Origin: an uncultured Candidatus Saccharibacteria bacterium
GTDB lineage: Bacteria > Patescibacteriota > Minisyncoccia > Phycocordibacterales > CALRHW01
Direction of reading: 5' to 3'
DNA: 36,562 nt
Assembly (NCBI GenBank): GCA_964441885.1
Contig: CAYTVX010000002.1
Span: 1 to 36,562, forward strand
Each line of letters begins with the position of its first letter. Position 1 is the stretch's first letter. Below are positions 16,817 through 25,431 of this stretch, one piece after another. The position numbers and the translations under genes are program-made. The notes below the pieces were generated by a model that saw only the letters and a program-made list of their open reading frames with translations, made no database searches and was not told the origin of the DNA.

Positions 16817-16825
16817 ATTTTAGCA
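16817..16825 (-). promoter_or_regulatory. Possible internal promoter (extended -10 TGcTAAAAT) ahead of the secreted-protein/pilin sub-operon
   Basis: The minus strand reads cgTGcTAAAATtaaagagctgaaacaactcaaATG. It sits in the largest gap (32 nt) of that part of the block, right after the stop at 16828-16830. Confidence 0.3.
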
Positions 16826-16827
16826 CG

Positions 16828-17454
16828 CTACGCAGTTTGTTCAATGCGCGGTCTGCGTGGTTGTGAATTGTTTTTTGGTTTTCCTCCGACATTACCAATA
16901 TCAGCAACCCCTCTTATTACTTCTAGTGATTTGGCAAAATTACCCATTCCTGGATTTGCAGCAATGGCAGCTAGTGTAGCCAACACACCCATTATTTTAT
17001 CAATAGCTTCTTCTGCCCAAACACTTAGGATAATAAGTAAAATAGCTCCAAGCCACCCAGGTATATCGTTTATCACGGGTATTGCTTCTATCGTGATTCC
17101 TGTCCCAAAAATTAACCCCCTTTGTTTTATTACGTTTTTTACTGCGGTTTTTATCATGTCACCACCAGAGCTGATGGCGCTTTTTGATTTGAATCCGGTT
17201 GCTTTACCATTTTTAAATTGATCACCGGCTATTCTCGTTACATCTTTTATGCTGAAAAAGCTCACGCCGTTTACCTTTAGCCATATATAAAACACCACAC
17301 CAGCTATCACTGTGATAATTGTTGAAAATATTACGGAAACTATTATTAAAACTATTGTTGCATCAAGCAAGCTCACGACGAATTGCAGAAGGTCAAAAAT
17401 ACCAGCGACAATTAGCATTGCAACCGCTGTAAATTTTCCTATATGTTGTTTCAT
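16828..17454 (-). CDS. Polytopic membrane protein, unknown family
   Basis: 208 aa with several hydrophobic segments (FTAVAMLIVAGIFDLLQFVV, IVLIIVSVIFSTIITVIAGVVFYIWL, GWLGAILLIILSVWA) and a basic C-terminal tail. A 7-nt gap separates it from the VirB4 gene. Confidence 0.6.
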   Translation of the reverse strand: MKQHIGKFTAVAMLIVAGIFDLLQFVVSLLDATIVLIIVSVIFSTIITVIAGVVFYIWLKVNGVSFFSIKDVTRIAGDQFKNGKATGFKSKSAISSGGDMIKTAVKNVIKQRGLIFGTGITIEAIPVINDIPGWLGAILLIILSVWAEEAIDKIMGVLATLAAIAANPGMGNFAKSLEVIRGVADIGNVGGKPKNNSQPRRPRIEQTA

Positions 17455-17461
17455 AATTTTT

Positions 17462-19276
17462 TTAAGCCCCAGAAGCCTCTAAGTCTTTTTTTGCTTTCTG
17501 AATAGATAGCACCTGAGATGGATCAGAAGTAATAATTTGATCTTCTGTATATGATGCAATAATTTTAATCGCAACGTGCTTTAAGCCGGCAAAGAAAATA
17601 CCCTCTCCCACTGAAGATTCAAGCAGTAAGTATTTTTCTTCATCTGTAAGGTTGAATGTTTGTTGGAGTTTGTCTATGGAGGTTGGAGATTGTTTTAACA
17701 AAACTTGAATTGAGGAGTTGGTGATGATCGGCATTCCATATGGAGATTTTAGAAAATCATCTACGTCTTGAGTGATTGTCGCCAGTCCAAGGTAATATTT
17801 TCTTCCACGTTTTGCTAGGCTGAGCAAGAAAGATGCGGTGTCTTCTGATTTCATCATCCACCACGCCTCGTCTATCACAAGAAGGCGCTTTCGCAATTCT
17901 TTTCTAATAGCACTCCAAATATAGTGGGTCACTATATACATTGCTATTGGTTTTAGCTCGTCTTCCATGTCCCGCAAAGAAAACACAATAAATTTTTTGT
18001 TTATATCTATATTTGTTGGCCTGTTTATAAAGCCCGCCCATGTGCCCTTTGTATATTTTGAAAGACGTTGTGCCAAAGATTCTCCCCCCTCCATTCCTGT
18101 GAGCACAAGCTCAAAATCTGACATAAGTGGTGGATCAATGTTTGAAAAATCAGACTCAGCGGTGATATCTTTGAGCGCGTATGTTTCTGTGATGGCTCGG
18201 TCCATAATAGCGTCTTCTTCTGGGGTGAGTCCGCCGAGCATGAGTCTGAATAGACCAACGAGATTTATAATGTTGCTTCTAAGTACGCTCGATGCGCTTT
18301 CGCCCTCCCCTGGCATCGGCAGGTCAAACGGGTTGATATGGTGTTCTGAATTGAGGGAGATTTTAAAATATCTTCCACCCACAGCTTCAGCCATGTATTC
18401 ATACTCTCGTTCGGGGTCTATGACTATTACTTCTGTATCAAACATTAGAGTACGTAGAATCTCAAGCTTTGTGGCATATGATTTTCCAGAACCAGATTTT
18501 GCAAAAGTGATTGAGTTGTAGTTTTCAAGAGAGAAGCGATCAAAAAGCACAAGGCTTGAGTTGTGGCGGTTGATGCCATACAAAATTCCTTTGTCTTCGG
18601 TGAGATCAAAAGATGTAAATGGAAAAAGACTTGATAGTGGAGAAGAGTTGAGCTTGGAATGAACTTCTAGCAAGTCTGTGGCGATTGGTAGGACGCTTTT
18701 GTATCCTTGTTCTTGTTGGAAAAGTGCAGGCTTTACATATACAAGCTTTGATTCAAGAATAGATTTCATTTCTGATTCTATTTTATCTAGCTCTGCCTCA
18801 CTTTCTCCGTACAAAGAAATGTATAGACCAACATCAAAAAGTTTTTCTTGGGCTTGTTGTAAATTGTCACGAAGATTTTCTAAGTCTTGATATGCGGTGT
18901 CTAGCATTGGATCTCGTACCATCCCCTTTTCTTCTCGTTCGTGAATCTGGCTTTGTACCTCGGCCACCTTTTTTTGAAATTGTCGCAGTACTTTTACAGT
19001 ATCTATTGGGTGAATAAAAATAGATACATCAAAAACTCTGTCTAAGTTGATGATTGGAGCAAACCAGCTTTCTCCAAGGAAGCGTGGATATGAAATAACA
19101 AAAAAGGTGCGAACTATTTTGTCTCCAAGATTGAGCTCTCTTGGGCCTATTTTCAATGCACTTGGTGCAATAATATCTTTAAGCTCAAGGGTTTGAGCTT
19201 TGTATATCTCTTGTGGCAACATTCCCACAAGTTCTTCTTTACTTTCTTTTCTAAATAATTTGCTAAAAAAACTCAT
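17462..19276 (-). CDS. virB4: VirB4/TraC/TrsE-type T4SS ATPase
   Basis: 604 aa with Walker A FAKSGSGKSYATK, Walker B RLLVIDEAWWMM and the downstream motif GRKYYLGLATITQ. The N-terminal region (RTFFVISYPRFLGESWFAPII..DVSIFIHP) is typical of Gram-positive-type VirB4 proteins. Confidence 0.85.
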   Translation of the reverse strand: MSFFSKLFRKESKEELVGMLPQEIYKAQTLELKDIIAPSALKIGPRELNLGDKIVRTFFVISYPRFLGESWFAPIINLDRVFDVSIFIHPIDTVKVLRQFQKKVAEVQSQIHEREEKGMVRDPMLDTAYQDLENLRDNLQQAQEKLFDVGLYISLYGESEAELDKIESEMKSILESKLVYVKPALFQQEQGYKSVLPIATDLLEVHSKLNSSPLSSLFPFTSFDLTEDKGILYGINRHNSSLVLFDRFSLENYNSITFAKSGSGKSYATKLEILRTLMFDTEVIVIDPEREYEYMAEAVGGRYFKISLNSEHHINPFDLPMPGEGESASSVLRSNIINLVGLFRLMLGGLTPEEDAIMDRAITETYALKDITAESDFSNIDPPLMSDFELVLTGMEGGESLAQRLSKYTKGTWAGFINRPTNIDINKKFIVFSLRDMEDELKPIAMYIVTHYIWSAIRKELRKRLLVIDEAWWMMKSEDTASFLLSLAKRGRKYYLGLATITQDVDDFLKSPYGMPIITNSSIQVLLKQSPTSIDKLQQTFNLTDEEKYLLLESSVGEGIFFAGLKHVAIKIIASYTEDQIITSDPSQVLSIQKAKKDLEASGA

Positions 19277-19281
19277 GGTGT

Positions 19282-19920
19282 TTATTGAAGTTGAATAGGC
19301 TTTTCTGCATCGCCCGGATTGAAAATTTTATAAAATAATTCTACCACCTCTTCTGTGCCGAGCTGTATTACACGTATACCAGAGCTCACTAGCCCCTGCT
19401 CTACCACAGAAAGTCTCTGCTCTAGCTGTGTGCGACGCTCTTCAAAAACCTCTTGTGTGTCTACTTTTTTTTCTTCCGCATTTTTCTTTTTACCAAAAAT
19501 TCCAGCAACTGGGTTTTTACCCTGCAGAGCACCAGGTGAATACGGCACGATGACAAAGAAGTGTTTTGTCATGATGTTGGTGTTTTCAGTAAAATTTTTA
19601 ATGAACCCAATGTATTCTTGCACCTGAATTTTCATTAGATCATTTACTTGGTTTTTTTCGCGCTCTTCTAATAGGGCTATGTATGGACGAATATCAAGGC
19701 GGCGAGATTGTATAAAAATTTGTACAGAAAAATCGAGGGAGTTTAGGAAATCTTGGAACTGGTAGATTATAGCTGTGCGCTCGTCGTCTGATTTAAGAGA
19801 AAAATTGATAGAGCTAGCCATCAAAACAGCACGAAGTGAGCCGTCTTTTAGTGTTATGATTCCATCCTTTATGTCACTGATAGGAACAAATTCTTGAGAA
19901 GCTCTTGCGGTTGTTGCCAT
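19282..19920 (-). CDS. Soluble protein resembling the N-terminal domain of VirB4 proteins
   Basis: 212 aa with no TM. IITLKDGSLRAVLMASSINFSLKSDDERTAIIYQFQDFLNSLDFSVQIFIQSRRLDI follows the pattern recalled from VirB4 N-termini (..kDGsl.....l.G..fe....e.e.......n.l........l..h..Rr). It lies between the VirB3-like and VirB4 genes. Confidence 0.5.
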   Translation of the reverse strand: MATTARASQEFVPISDIKDGIITLKDGSLRAVLMASSINFSLKSDDERTAIIYQFQDFLNSLDFSVQIFIQSRRLDIRPYIALLEEREKNQVNDLMKIQVQEYIGFIKNFTENTNIMTKHFFVIVPYSPGALQGKNPVAGIFGKKKNAEEKKVDTQEVFEERRTQLEQRLSVVEQGLVSSGIRVIQLGTEEVVELFYKIFNPGDAEKPIQLQ

Positions 19921-19929
19921 ATGAAAGAA

Positions 19930-20370
19930 TTATAGCTTATTTTCTTCCGTATTTGAATTCTTTTTGAGTGGATTTAGATTTTCTTTTACACTCAGACTCC
20001 ACGTCATATCTTTTAGCTTACTACCAGAGAGTTTTGGTAAAAGGTCTCCCGACAGCTCTTTTGGTTTTTCACCAAGAGCAATTTTTCTTTGAGAGTGCTT
20101 CCATATATAGAGCTTGCTTGCGACAGAATATTTGAAAAAGGCCTCCACCACACGTATAAACGGCTTGTTGTTTACTTTGTAAAAAGCTAGAGCCGCACCA
20201 AATAGAAGTACGGGTAGCATAATCATCACAGCGATTATTCTTACGGGAATCATATAGAATAAGATCACGCAGGCCCCAGCACTACCAGCAAGATAAATAA
20301 ACTGCTTAAATGTAAGCGGGCCAAAAATTTTATCTTCTACATCTGTAAATTGGGGTACTTGAAATCTCAT
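19930..20370 (-). CDS. PrgI family (VirB3-like) two-TM protein
   Basis: 146 aa. The N-terminus MRFQVPQFTDVEDKIFGPLTFKQFIYLAG is followed by two TM helices. This is the signature arrangement of PrgI-family proteins of Gram-positive conjugation systems. Confidence 0.65.
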   Translation of the reverse strand: MRFQVPQFTDVEDKIFGPLTFKQFIYLAGSAGACVILFYMIPVRIIAVMIMLPVLLFGAALAFYKVNNKPFIRVVEAFFKYSVASKLYIWKHSQRKIALGEKPKELSGDLLPKLSGSKLKDMTWSLSVKENLNPLKKNSNTEENKL

Positions 20371-20375
20371 ATTTT

Positions 20376-21008
20376 TTATTCTATTGGTTCACGATATGGG
20401 TCGGTAGAGGTGTACGGTTTTGTGGTAATTGTCTTTGGGATGTTGTTTAAATTTATGCGCACTTCTTCTCGTGGAATTTTTACAACACCACCAAGCTTAT
20501 CGTCTATAATAGTGCCAGTACCAGAGTGCGCTGAAATAAGCGCAGGATGCTCTATTTCTCTTAGAAGCGTATCTTTGTTGAGTGTAATGGCAGCACTTAC
20601 ATCTCTTGTTCCCTCTATTTCTTCGCTTGGTATTTCTCTCTCTATTTGAACACCTTGCACGGGAGCTTCGGTTTGGATTGGTTTCTCTTCTTTTACGATA
20701 CCTCCCATTTTACTAAAAATCTCTCTTTGTATTCCCTGCTCTACACCCACCGCCACACCTTCATCCATTCCGAGCTTTTTTATTAGTTCGTTTACGAGTT
20801 GGTTTCTTGGCAAAAAACCCAGCGTTACTTGAGTCATTAGGTTACTCATTCCACCAATTCTTTTAATATCGGTGATTTTATTTTCTCTAGCAATATCACG
20901 AAGAGATTTGCTTGTATCAAGGGAAAGCAAAATATCTTTTATATTCTGAGGTAATTTTTCAAATGCTTCTTGCTCTTTTGTTTTTGGTGGCATATTTTTA
21001 GAATTCAC
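20376..21008 (-). CDS. Hypothetical soluble protein in the T4SS-like block
   Basis: 210 aa with no hydrophobic segment and a central E/Q/P-rich linker. It overlaps the stop of the upstream gene by 11 nt. An alternative start M6 at 20993 removes the overlap. Confidence 0.5.
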   Translation of the reverse strand: MNSKNMPPKTKEQEAFEKLPQNIKDILLSLDTSKSLRDIARENKITDIKRIGGMSNLMTQVTLGFLPRNQLVNELIKKLGMDEGVAVGVEQGIQREIFSKMGGIVKEEKPIQTEAPVQGVQIEREIPSEEIEGTRDVSAAITLNKDTLLREIEHPALISAHSGTGTIIDDKLGGVVKIPREEVRINLNNIPKTITTKPYTSTDPYREPIE

Positions 21009-23427
21009 TTAATCCAGGACCCATTAGCCATATCGCAGTGTCTAGTATTCTCTCTTCGGCTGGTGTGTGTGCTGTTCCTACGGGAGTGTTCATTATAGCT
21101 GTTGCTTCGTTTACTATTGCGATTCTTATTGCATCTTGTTTAGCATCACTTAGATCACCTTTCATTTTTTGTAGCATTGCTGGGGTATAAATTGGTAGCA
21201 CTCCAGGATTTGTGAGTACAGCAACACCAAGCTGACCCCTTTCTTTTGAATTCATATTGGTCACAGCTTCACGTACCTGTTCGTAATTATCTACAGCTGT
21301 TGAAAGTGGTGTGCCCACAGGTGTACTTGTTGATGCCCTGTTTAGTGTTGCATTAAATAACGCATTTCGGTCGTCGGTCATCTGTTGTTTTTGAGGGAGT
21401 GTGTAGTTTACGTTGTCTGGTTTTGATATAGTATCAAACTTATCTTTAGAGATACTTCTAATAAACGGTCCGTGTTGAGTAAATCTTGTACCACTCATTT
21501 CAATTTCTCTAGTAGACATTGCAGATACTCTGTCTCTAGCCGCCACAAACCTTGGTTCTCGCCTTACATTTTCTATTCTTGCTGTTCTTGCCGCTCCAGT
21601 GAGTGTTGTGTTGGCTATATTTATTTGGTCTTCTTCTTCTCTTAGTGTGTTTACCACAGCATCCATAGGTGCAAATCGAGCTGTGCGTATTCTTTCTTTG
21701 TCGGCTTCCGGTTTGTCACTTTTTTCTAGAATATGTTCAATTTGTCTGGTGTTGAAGTGTTCTACGTGTCTTACCAAATCACTCGTACCCATAGCGTCGA
21801 GTTCTTTTGTGGACATGTTGTTTATCCTCTCTCTAAATCTTCGATTGTGCTCTTCTATTCTTGTGTTGTTTGCGATTTGAACTGGGGTAAGAGCTGGCCC
21901 TCCTGGAGTGGCTGTAACTATTCCCGTCATTATTCCCTGTCTTAGTATATTGTCAGTTTCTCTTTCTCTGTCTTTCAATGCAATATCTTTTCCTGTTTTC
22001 TTCCAATCATCAAATGTAATTTTTCCGCCAAATTTTGACCCAGCAATTTTTTCGGTAGTCACTTCTCTCACGACACGTCCAGCACGAGAATTTCCAACCC
22101 AAGTTTTCTTTAGTTTGTCGTCTGCCCAGCGTCCAGCACGACCAACTGTTGTTGCAGCAATTGCTCCACCAGTTGTTTTTACGCTACCCACCGCAAAACC
22201 TCGCACCCTTGCTCCAGTTTTTTCTAGAAAATTAAGAGCCTTACCTGCTCCGTATGCACCCATTTGTTTCCCTACTACAAGAGAGAATATAAGCATTGAA
22301 ATAACAATAATGAAGTTCATTATTATGTGTATGTTTTCTGGAGCTGGTGGTGCGCCAGCTGCTCCAGGAGTAAAAAGACTTGTCCATACAGATGCATTAG
22401 CAACGCCATTAGTTGAGTTGGCAGCTGATTCTGTTGGAGCCAAAACACCAGATAAAACCGTGAGTGATACCCATATTAGTGCCATACACACAGGAGCAAA
22501 AATACATTGGTCTATAAGCTTGTTCCACCACATTTTAGAATATTTATCTGTTGGCAGTGCCATTGAAACAAAAGCAATTGGAGAAAGGATCATTAAGAAT
22601 ATTAATGTTACAAATCTACCGATAAACATAATACTAAAAGCAAAAAATACCACCGCGGCCACAAGTAGAAAAACAGAACCCAGTAAACCACCCAAGAATA
22701 TTTCACCGAGAGTTTGGGTTGAAGACAACACAGAGGTTGGGTTTACTGCAAATTGCGGTGATATCAAGCCAGTTAGAAGCATTTTTTGTACAAAAGCTCC
22801 AGCGATTCCCAATCCATTTGCTGCGGGTCCTATTATTTGATTATAAAATCCAATCGTTACAATGTTTGATGCGTCAATTATTATTTTTGTAAAGAAAAGG
22901 CTGAAGTTTATTAGAAGTGCCACAACTACCACATTCACAAGCATTTTTTTTACGTTGATACCACTTAGGTTTAAAATACTAGCTATAGCTATGTAGAGGA
23001 TTATAAAAATAAACAGCATATTTGATAGGTCTCTGAATGTTTCCCAAGCTAGATTGAGCGTAGAAATACCACCAACATTCGTAGACATGTCCACAACCGT
23101 ATATTTCATGACGGCTTCCATTAGTGTTCCAGATATCCATAAGATAAGCGCGGAAAGAGAAAGGGCTAATTGGCCTAGCCAAGCTAGCAAAATTTTTAAA
23201 ATAGGCTCTACAAGTGCTGTGGCAATATCCTGCATCATTACCACGTTGCCATAACCAGGTATTGCATATGATGCAAAGTGTCCCAGTGTTGACCAGAATC
23301 CACCATCCTCTGTATTCCCCGGTGCTGTTGTTTGGGCATTTGTGATTGTTGGAGCTAATACCAAAAAAGTCACAACAAGTGTGAGTATAATGTTTCTGAA
23401 AAGTTTTTTCTTGAAAAAAGAATTCAT
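20998..23427 (-). CDS. VirB6/TrbL-like polytopic membrane protein with a ~400-aa hydrophilic C-terminal extension
   Basis: 809 aa. It has a signal/anchor (IILTLVVTFLVLAPTITNAQT), at least seven hydrophobic helices across residues ~70-390, then a charged domain containing three degenerate ~40-aa repeats (RERINNMSTKELDAMGT, RDRVSAMSTREIEMSGT, REAVTNMNSKERGQLGV). Confidence 0.55.
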   Translation of the reverse strand: MNSFFKKKLFRNIILTLVVTFLVLAPTITNAQTTAPGNTEDGGFWSTLGHFASYAIPGYGNVVMMQDIATALVEPILKILLAWLGQLALSLSALILWISGTLMEAVMKYTVVDMSTNVGGISTLNLAWETFRDLSNMLFIFIILYIAIASILNLSGINVKKMLVNVVVVALLINFSLFFTKIIIDASNIVTIGFYNQIIGPAANGLGIAGAFVQKMLLTGLISPQFAVNPTSVLSSTQTLGEIFLGGLLGSVFLLVAAVVFFAFSIMFIGRFVTLIFLMILSPIAFVSMALPTDKYSKMWWNKLIDQCIFAPVCMALIWVSLTVLSGVLAPTESAANSTNGVANASVWTSLFTPGAAGAPPAPENIHIIMNFIIVISMLIFSLVVGKQMGAYGAGKALNFLEKTGARVRGFAVGSVKTTGGAIAATTVGRAGRWADDKLKKTWVGNSRAGRVVREVTTEKIAGSKFGGKITFDDWKKTGKDIALKDRERETDNILRQGIMTGIVTATPGGPALTPVQIANNTRIEEHNRRFRERINNMSTKELDAMGTSDLVRHVEHFNTRQIEHILEKSDKPEADKERIRTARFAPMDAVVNTLREEEDQINIANTTLTGAARTARIENVRREPRFVAARDRVSAMSTREIEMSGTRFTQHGPFIRSISKDKFDTISKPDNVNYTLPQKQQMTDDRNALFNATLNRASTSTPVGTPLSTAVDNYEQVREAVTNMNSKERGQLGVAVLTNPGVLPIYTPAMLQKMKGDLSDAKQDAIRIAIVNEATAIMNTPVGTAHTPAEERILDTAIWLMGPGLSEF

Positions 23428-23430
23428 AGA

Positions 23431-24399
23431 TTAGTTACCAATTAGTCCTCCAGATCGAGTCACTACTTGCTGTATTAGTTGTCCGAGTGCTGCCGACAAA
23501 ATCTCATCAAATTCATCCGCGAGTTCAAGTTGTCTTAGTCCGTCACCAAGAACATTGCTGAGTTGGTCATTTACTATTGTGCCTGGTGTTTTTATTTCAC
23601 TCCATCTCTGGCACTGCTGAGTTTCTATATTACTTTCAAGACATTCTTGGGTTGATAGAAAACCCTTACCCCAATCAAGCTTTTGTTGATCTTCAGCAAT
23701 ATTACCTGCAATTCTAGCGCTAAGTTCTGTTTGTGCGATTAAATAAGCGCCAGATGGATTGTTTTGTGGGTTTTGTGTAATTCTAAACCACGTATTCCAG
23801 CCACCTTGGCTAAAATCATTCGTAAAGCCCTCAACGTTGTTGACTACATCAGTGAGTGTACACCCTATTCTATCTCTAAAGGTGTGAGAGTAGTTGATAT
23901 TGAGGGCTAGTTTTATCTGTAGTTTAAATGGAGAACACAAAAATCCAAGTCCGGCGTCATTTTGTATAAAATCACCAGCGACTCTGTCGGCTGTATTTAT
24001 AAAAAAGGTTGCTGGGTCAGTGACAAATTGTGGTGCGCCATTAAATCCACCATTAATCCAGTTTATTAAAGAGCCCGTAAATTGCTTTATGATGATTTGA
24101 GTAGCGCCCTTGGCAATAGAATCTAGACCAGTACCCGGAACTCCAGCTGGCCCCACCTCTTTTAATGTGATGAGGTTTGTGTTGTAGGCAGTATCAAAGG
24201 TATTGGCAGATATGTCTGCTGCCAGGAATTCAATTTCCTGTGTGCTCAGTAGAAGGGGTGATCCCGCTGTTTCTATTACTGGCACAGCGATTTGGGCGTG
24301 AGCTATGGAGAAAAAGGATAAACTGGCAATAGAAAATACTATAAATAAAGCAGACGAAAATATTTTTTTCTTGAAAAATCTAAAAAGTGTAATAACCAT
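23431..24399 (-). CDS. Secreted Cys-containing protein, unknown family
   Basis: 322 aa with the signal peptide ...FSIASLSFFSIAHA|Q. It has five Cys in the mature part and a W/N/G-rich core (LINWINGGFNGAPQFV, GGWNTWFRITQNPQNNP). Confidence 0.6.
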   Translation of the reverse strand: MVITLFRFFKKKIFSSALFIVFSIASLSFFSIAHAQIAVPVIETAGSPLLLSTQEIEFLAADISANTFDTAYNTNLITLKEVGPAGVPGTGLDSIAKGATQIIIKQFTGSLINWINGGFNGAPQFVTDPATFFINTADRVAGDFIQNDAGLGFLCSPFKLQIKLALNINYSHTFRDRIGCTLTDVVNNVEGFTNDFSQGGWNTWFRITQNPQNNPSGAYLIAQTELSARIAGNIAEDQQKLDWGKGFLSTQECLESNIETQQCQRWSEIKTPGTIVNDQLSNVLGDGLRQLELADEFDEILSAALGQLIQQVVTRSGGLIGN

Positions 24400-24414
24400 G
24401 TATATATTCTAAAA

Positions 24415-25398
24415 TTATATACTATGCACCAGTACAAAACCACCTTCTTCTTCCCCAAATACTACGTTTTTTTCGTTAAAGTATGAGACTGTGTCTGCTA
24501 ATGCTTTGTGTAGATCCCCCACTCTCTTTTTATAATAAACATAGCCACTTAGTCCGCCAATTGGATCGTCAAAATATATTCTCATACCCTGGTCGGAGGC
24601 AAGAACCGCGTTTAGTGTGTTCAGTAGATTTAAATGAGTTTGTGCTGCACTTTTTGGAACCGCTACAGTAGAAAATTCAGTGATAATATTTTTGTAGCTT
24701 TTTATAATAATATCCAATTTTTCTAACTCTTTTGCATTTTGATTTTGGATTGCTTTAGAGAAAATAACAAACTCATTTTCAAGTTCTTCTTTTTTTGGGG
24801 AATTATTTATAAGTATTGTACCGAGTGTATTGCCGTATTGTTTGATACTTTCTTCTGAATCATTGTCGTTTATTTTGATATTGGCAAGTGTAAATTGTTT
24901 GATTTTATCTTCTATTGCGCTCTTGTTTAGGATACTGTTTACGATTTGTTGCTGTTGCTCAGTGTTTCCAATTATTGGCACCCCAGATTTTTTGTACTCT
25001 GCATAAGTAGTAAAAAAATCTCTAGCAAATGTGTCTGTTTGCGTTAGATTTTCTGTAATTTTTGTGGCGGTTTTTTGAGTGTTTTTGTATATAACCTCGC
25101 TGTTTTTAGAGATTTTTTGTAGCTCAACCTCTTTTACATCAGATACACCGTCTTTGTCTGTGTCACCAGAAAGTGGATTCATTTTCCAGAGAATTTCTTC
25201 CCAGTCTTTTAGGCCGTCTCCATCAGTATCTTTGTCTGCATCAGCTTTTATGGCATCACTAACCAAAACTTGTGGCGACGCTTTTATTTTTGCTGTATAT
25301 GTTTGTGTTGCTGGGTGTTTAGAGGAAAGGTAAATTCCACCAACAGCAATAATGCAGGCCACAAGTATTAGTAAGATTTTTTTTCCTGGCATTTTCAT
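24415..25398 (-). CDS. Membrane-anchored protein with thrombospondin-type-3-like calcium-binding repeats
   Basis: 327 aa with the N-terminal anchor ILLILVACIIAVGGIYL. It has two DxDxDGxxD-type motifs (DADKDTDGDGLKDWEE and SGDTDKDGVSDVKE). The remainder is helical and unassigned. Confidence 0.6.
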   Translation of the reverse strand: MKMPGKKILLILVACIIAVGGIYLSSKHPATQTYTAKIKASPQVLVSDAIKADADKDTDGDGLKDWEEILWKMNPLSGDTDKDGVSDVKEVELQKISKNSEVIYKNTQKTATKITENLTQTDTFARDFFTTYAEYKKSGVPIIGNTEQQQQIVNSILNKSAIEDKIKQFTLANIKINDNDSEESIKQYGNTLGTILINNSPKKEELENEFVIFSKAIQNQNAKELEKLDIIIKSYKNIITEFSTVAVPKSAAQTHLNLLNTLNAVLASDQGMRIYFDDPIGGLSGYVYYKKRVGDLHKALADTVSYFNEKNVVFGEEEGGFVLVHSI

Positions 25399-25431
25399 GT
25401 TTAAGGTGTTGAAATTTTCACCTTTATTATA

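Noticed and set aside
19929-19934. TATAAT 8 nt upstream of the 19920 start as an internal leaderless promoter
   Set aside because: The hexamer overlaps the TAA stop of the preceding gene in a 9-nt gap. In AT-rich, tightly coupled operon junctions this is easily coincidental, so it is not reported as a feature.
21908-22840. 310-aa plus-strand ORF antisense to the VirB6-like gene. Similar antisense ORFs lie at 17967-18521, 15873-16385 and 16781-17221.
   Set aside because: They lie entirely inside longer minus-strand genes with coherent TM, motif and domain structure. Their translations are low-complexity (S/P/F/I-rich), and no promoter or start context was seen.
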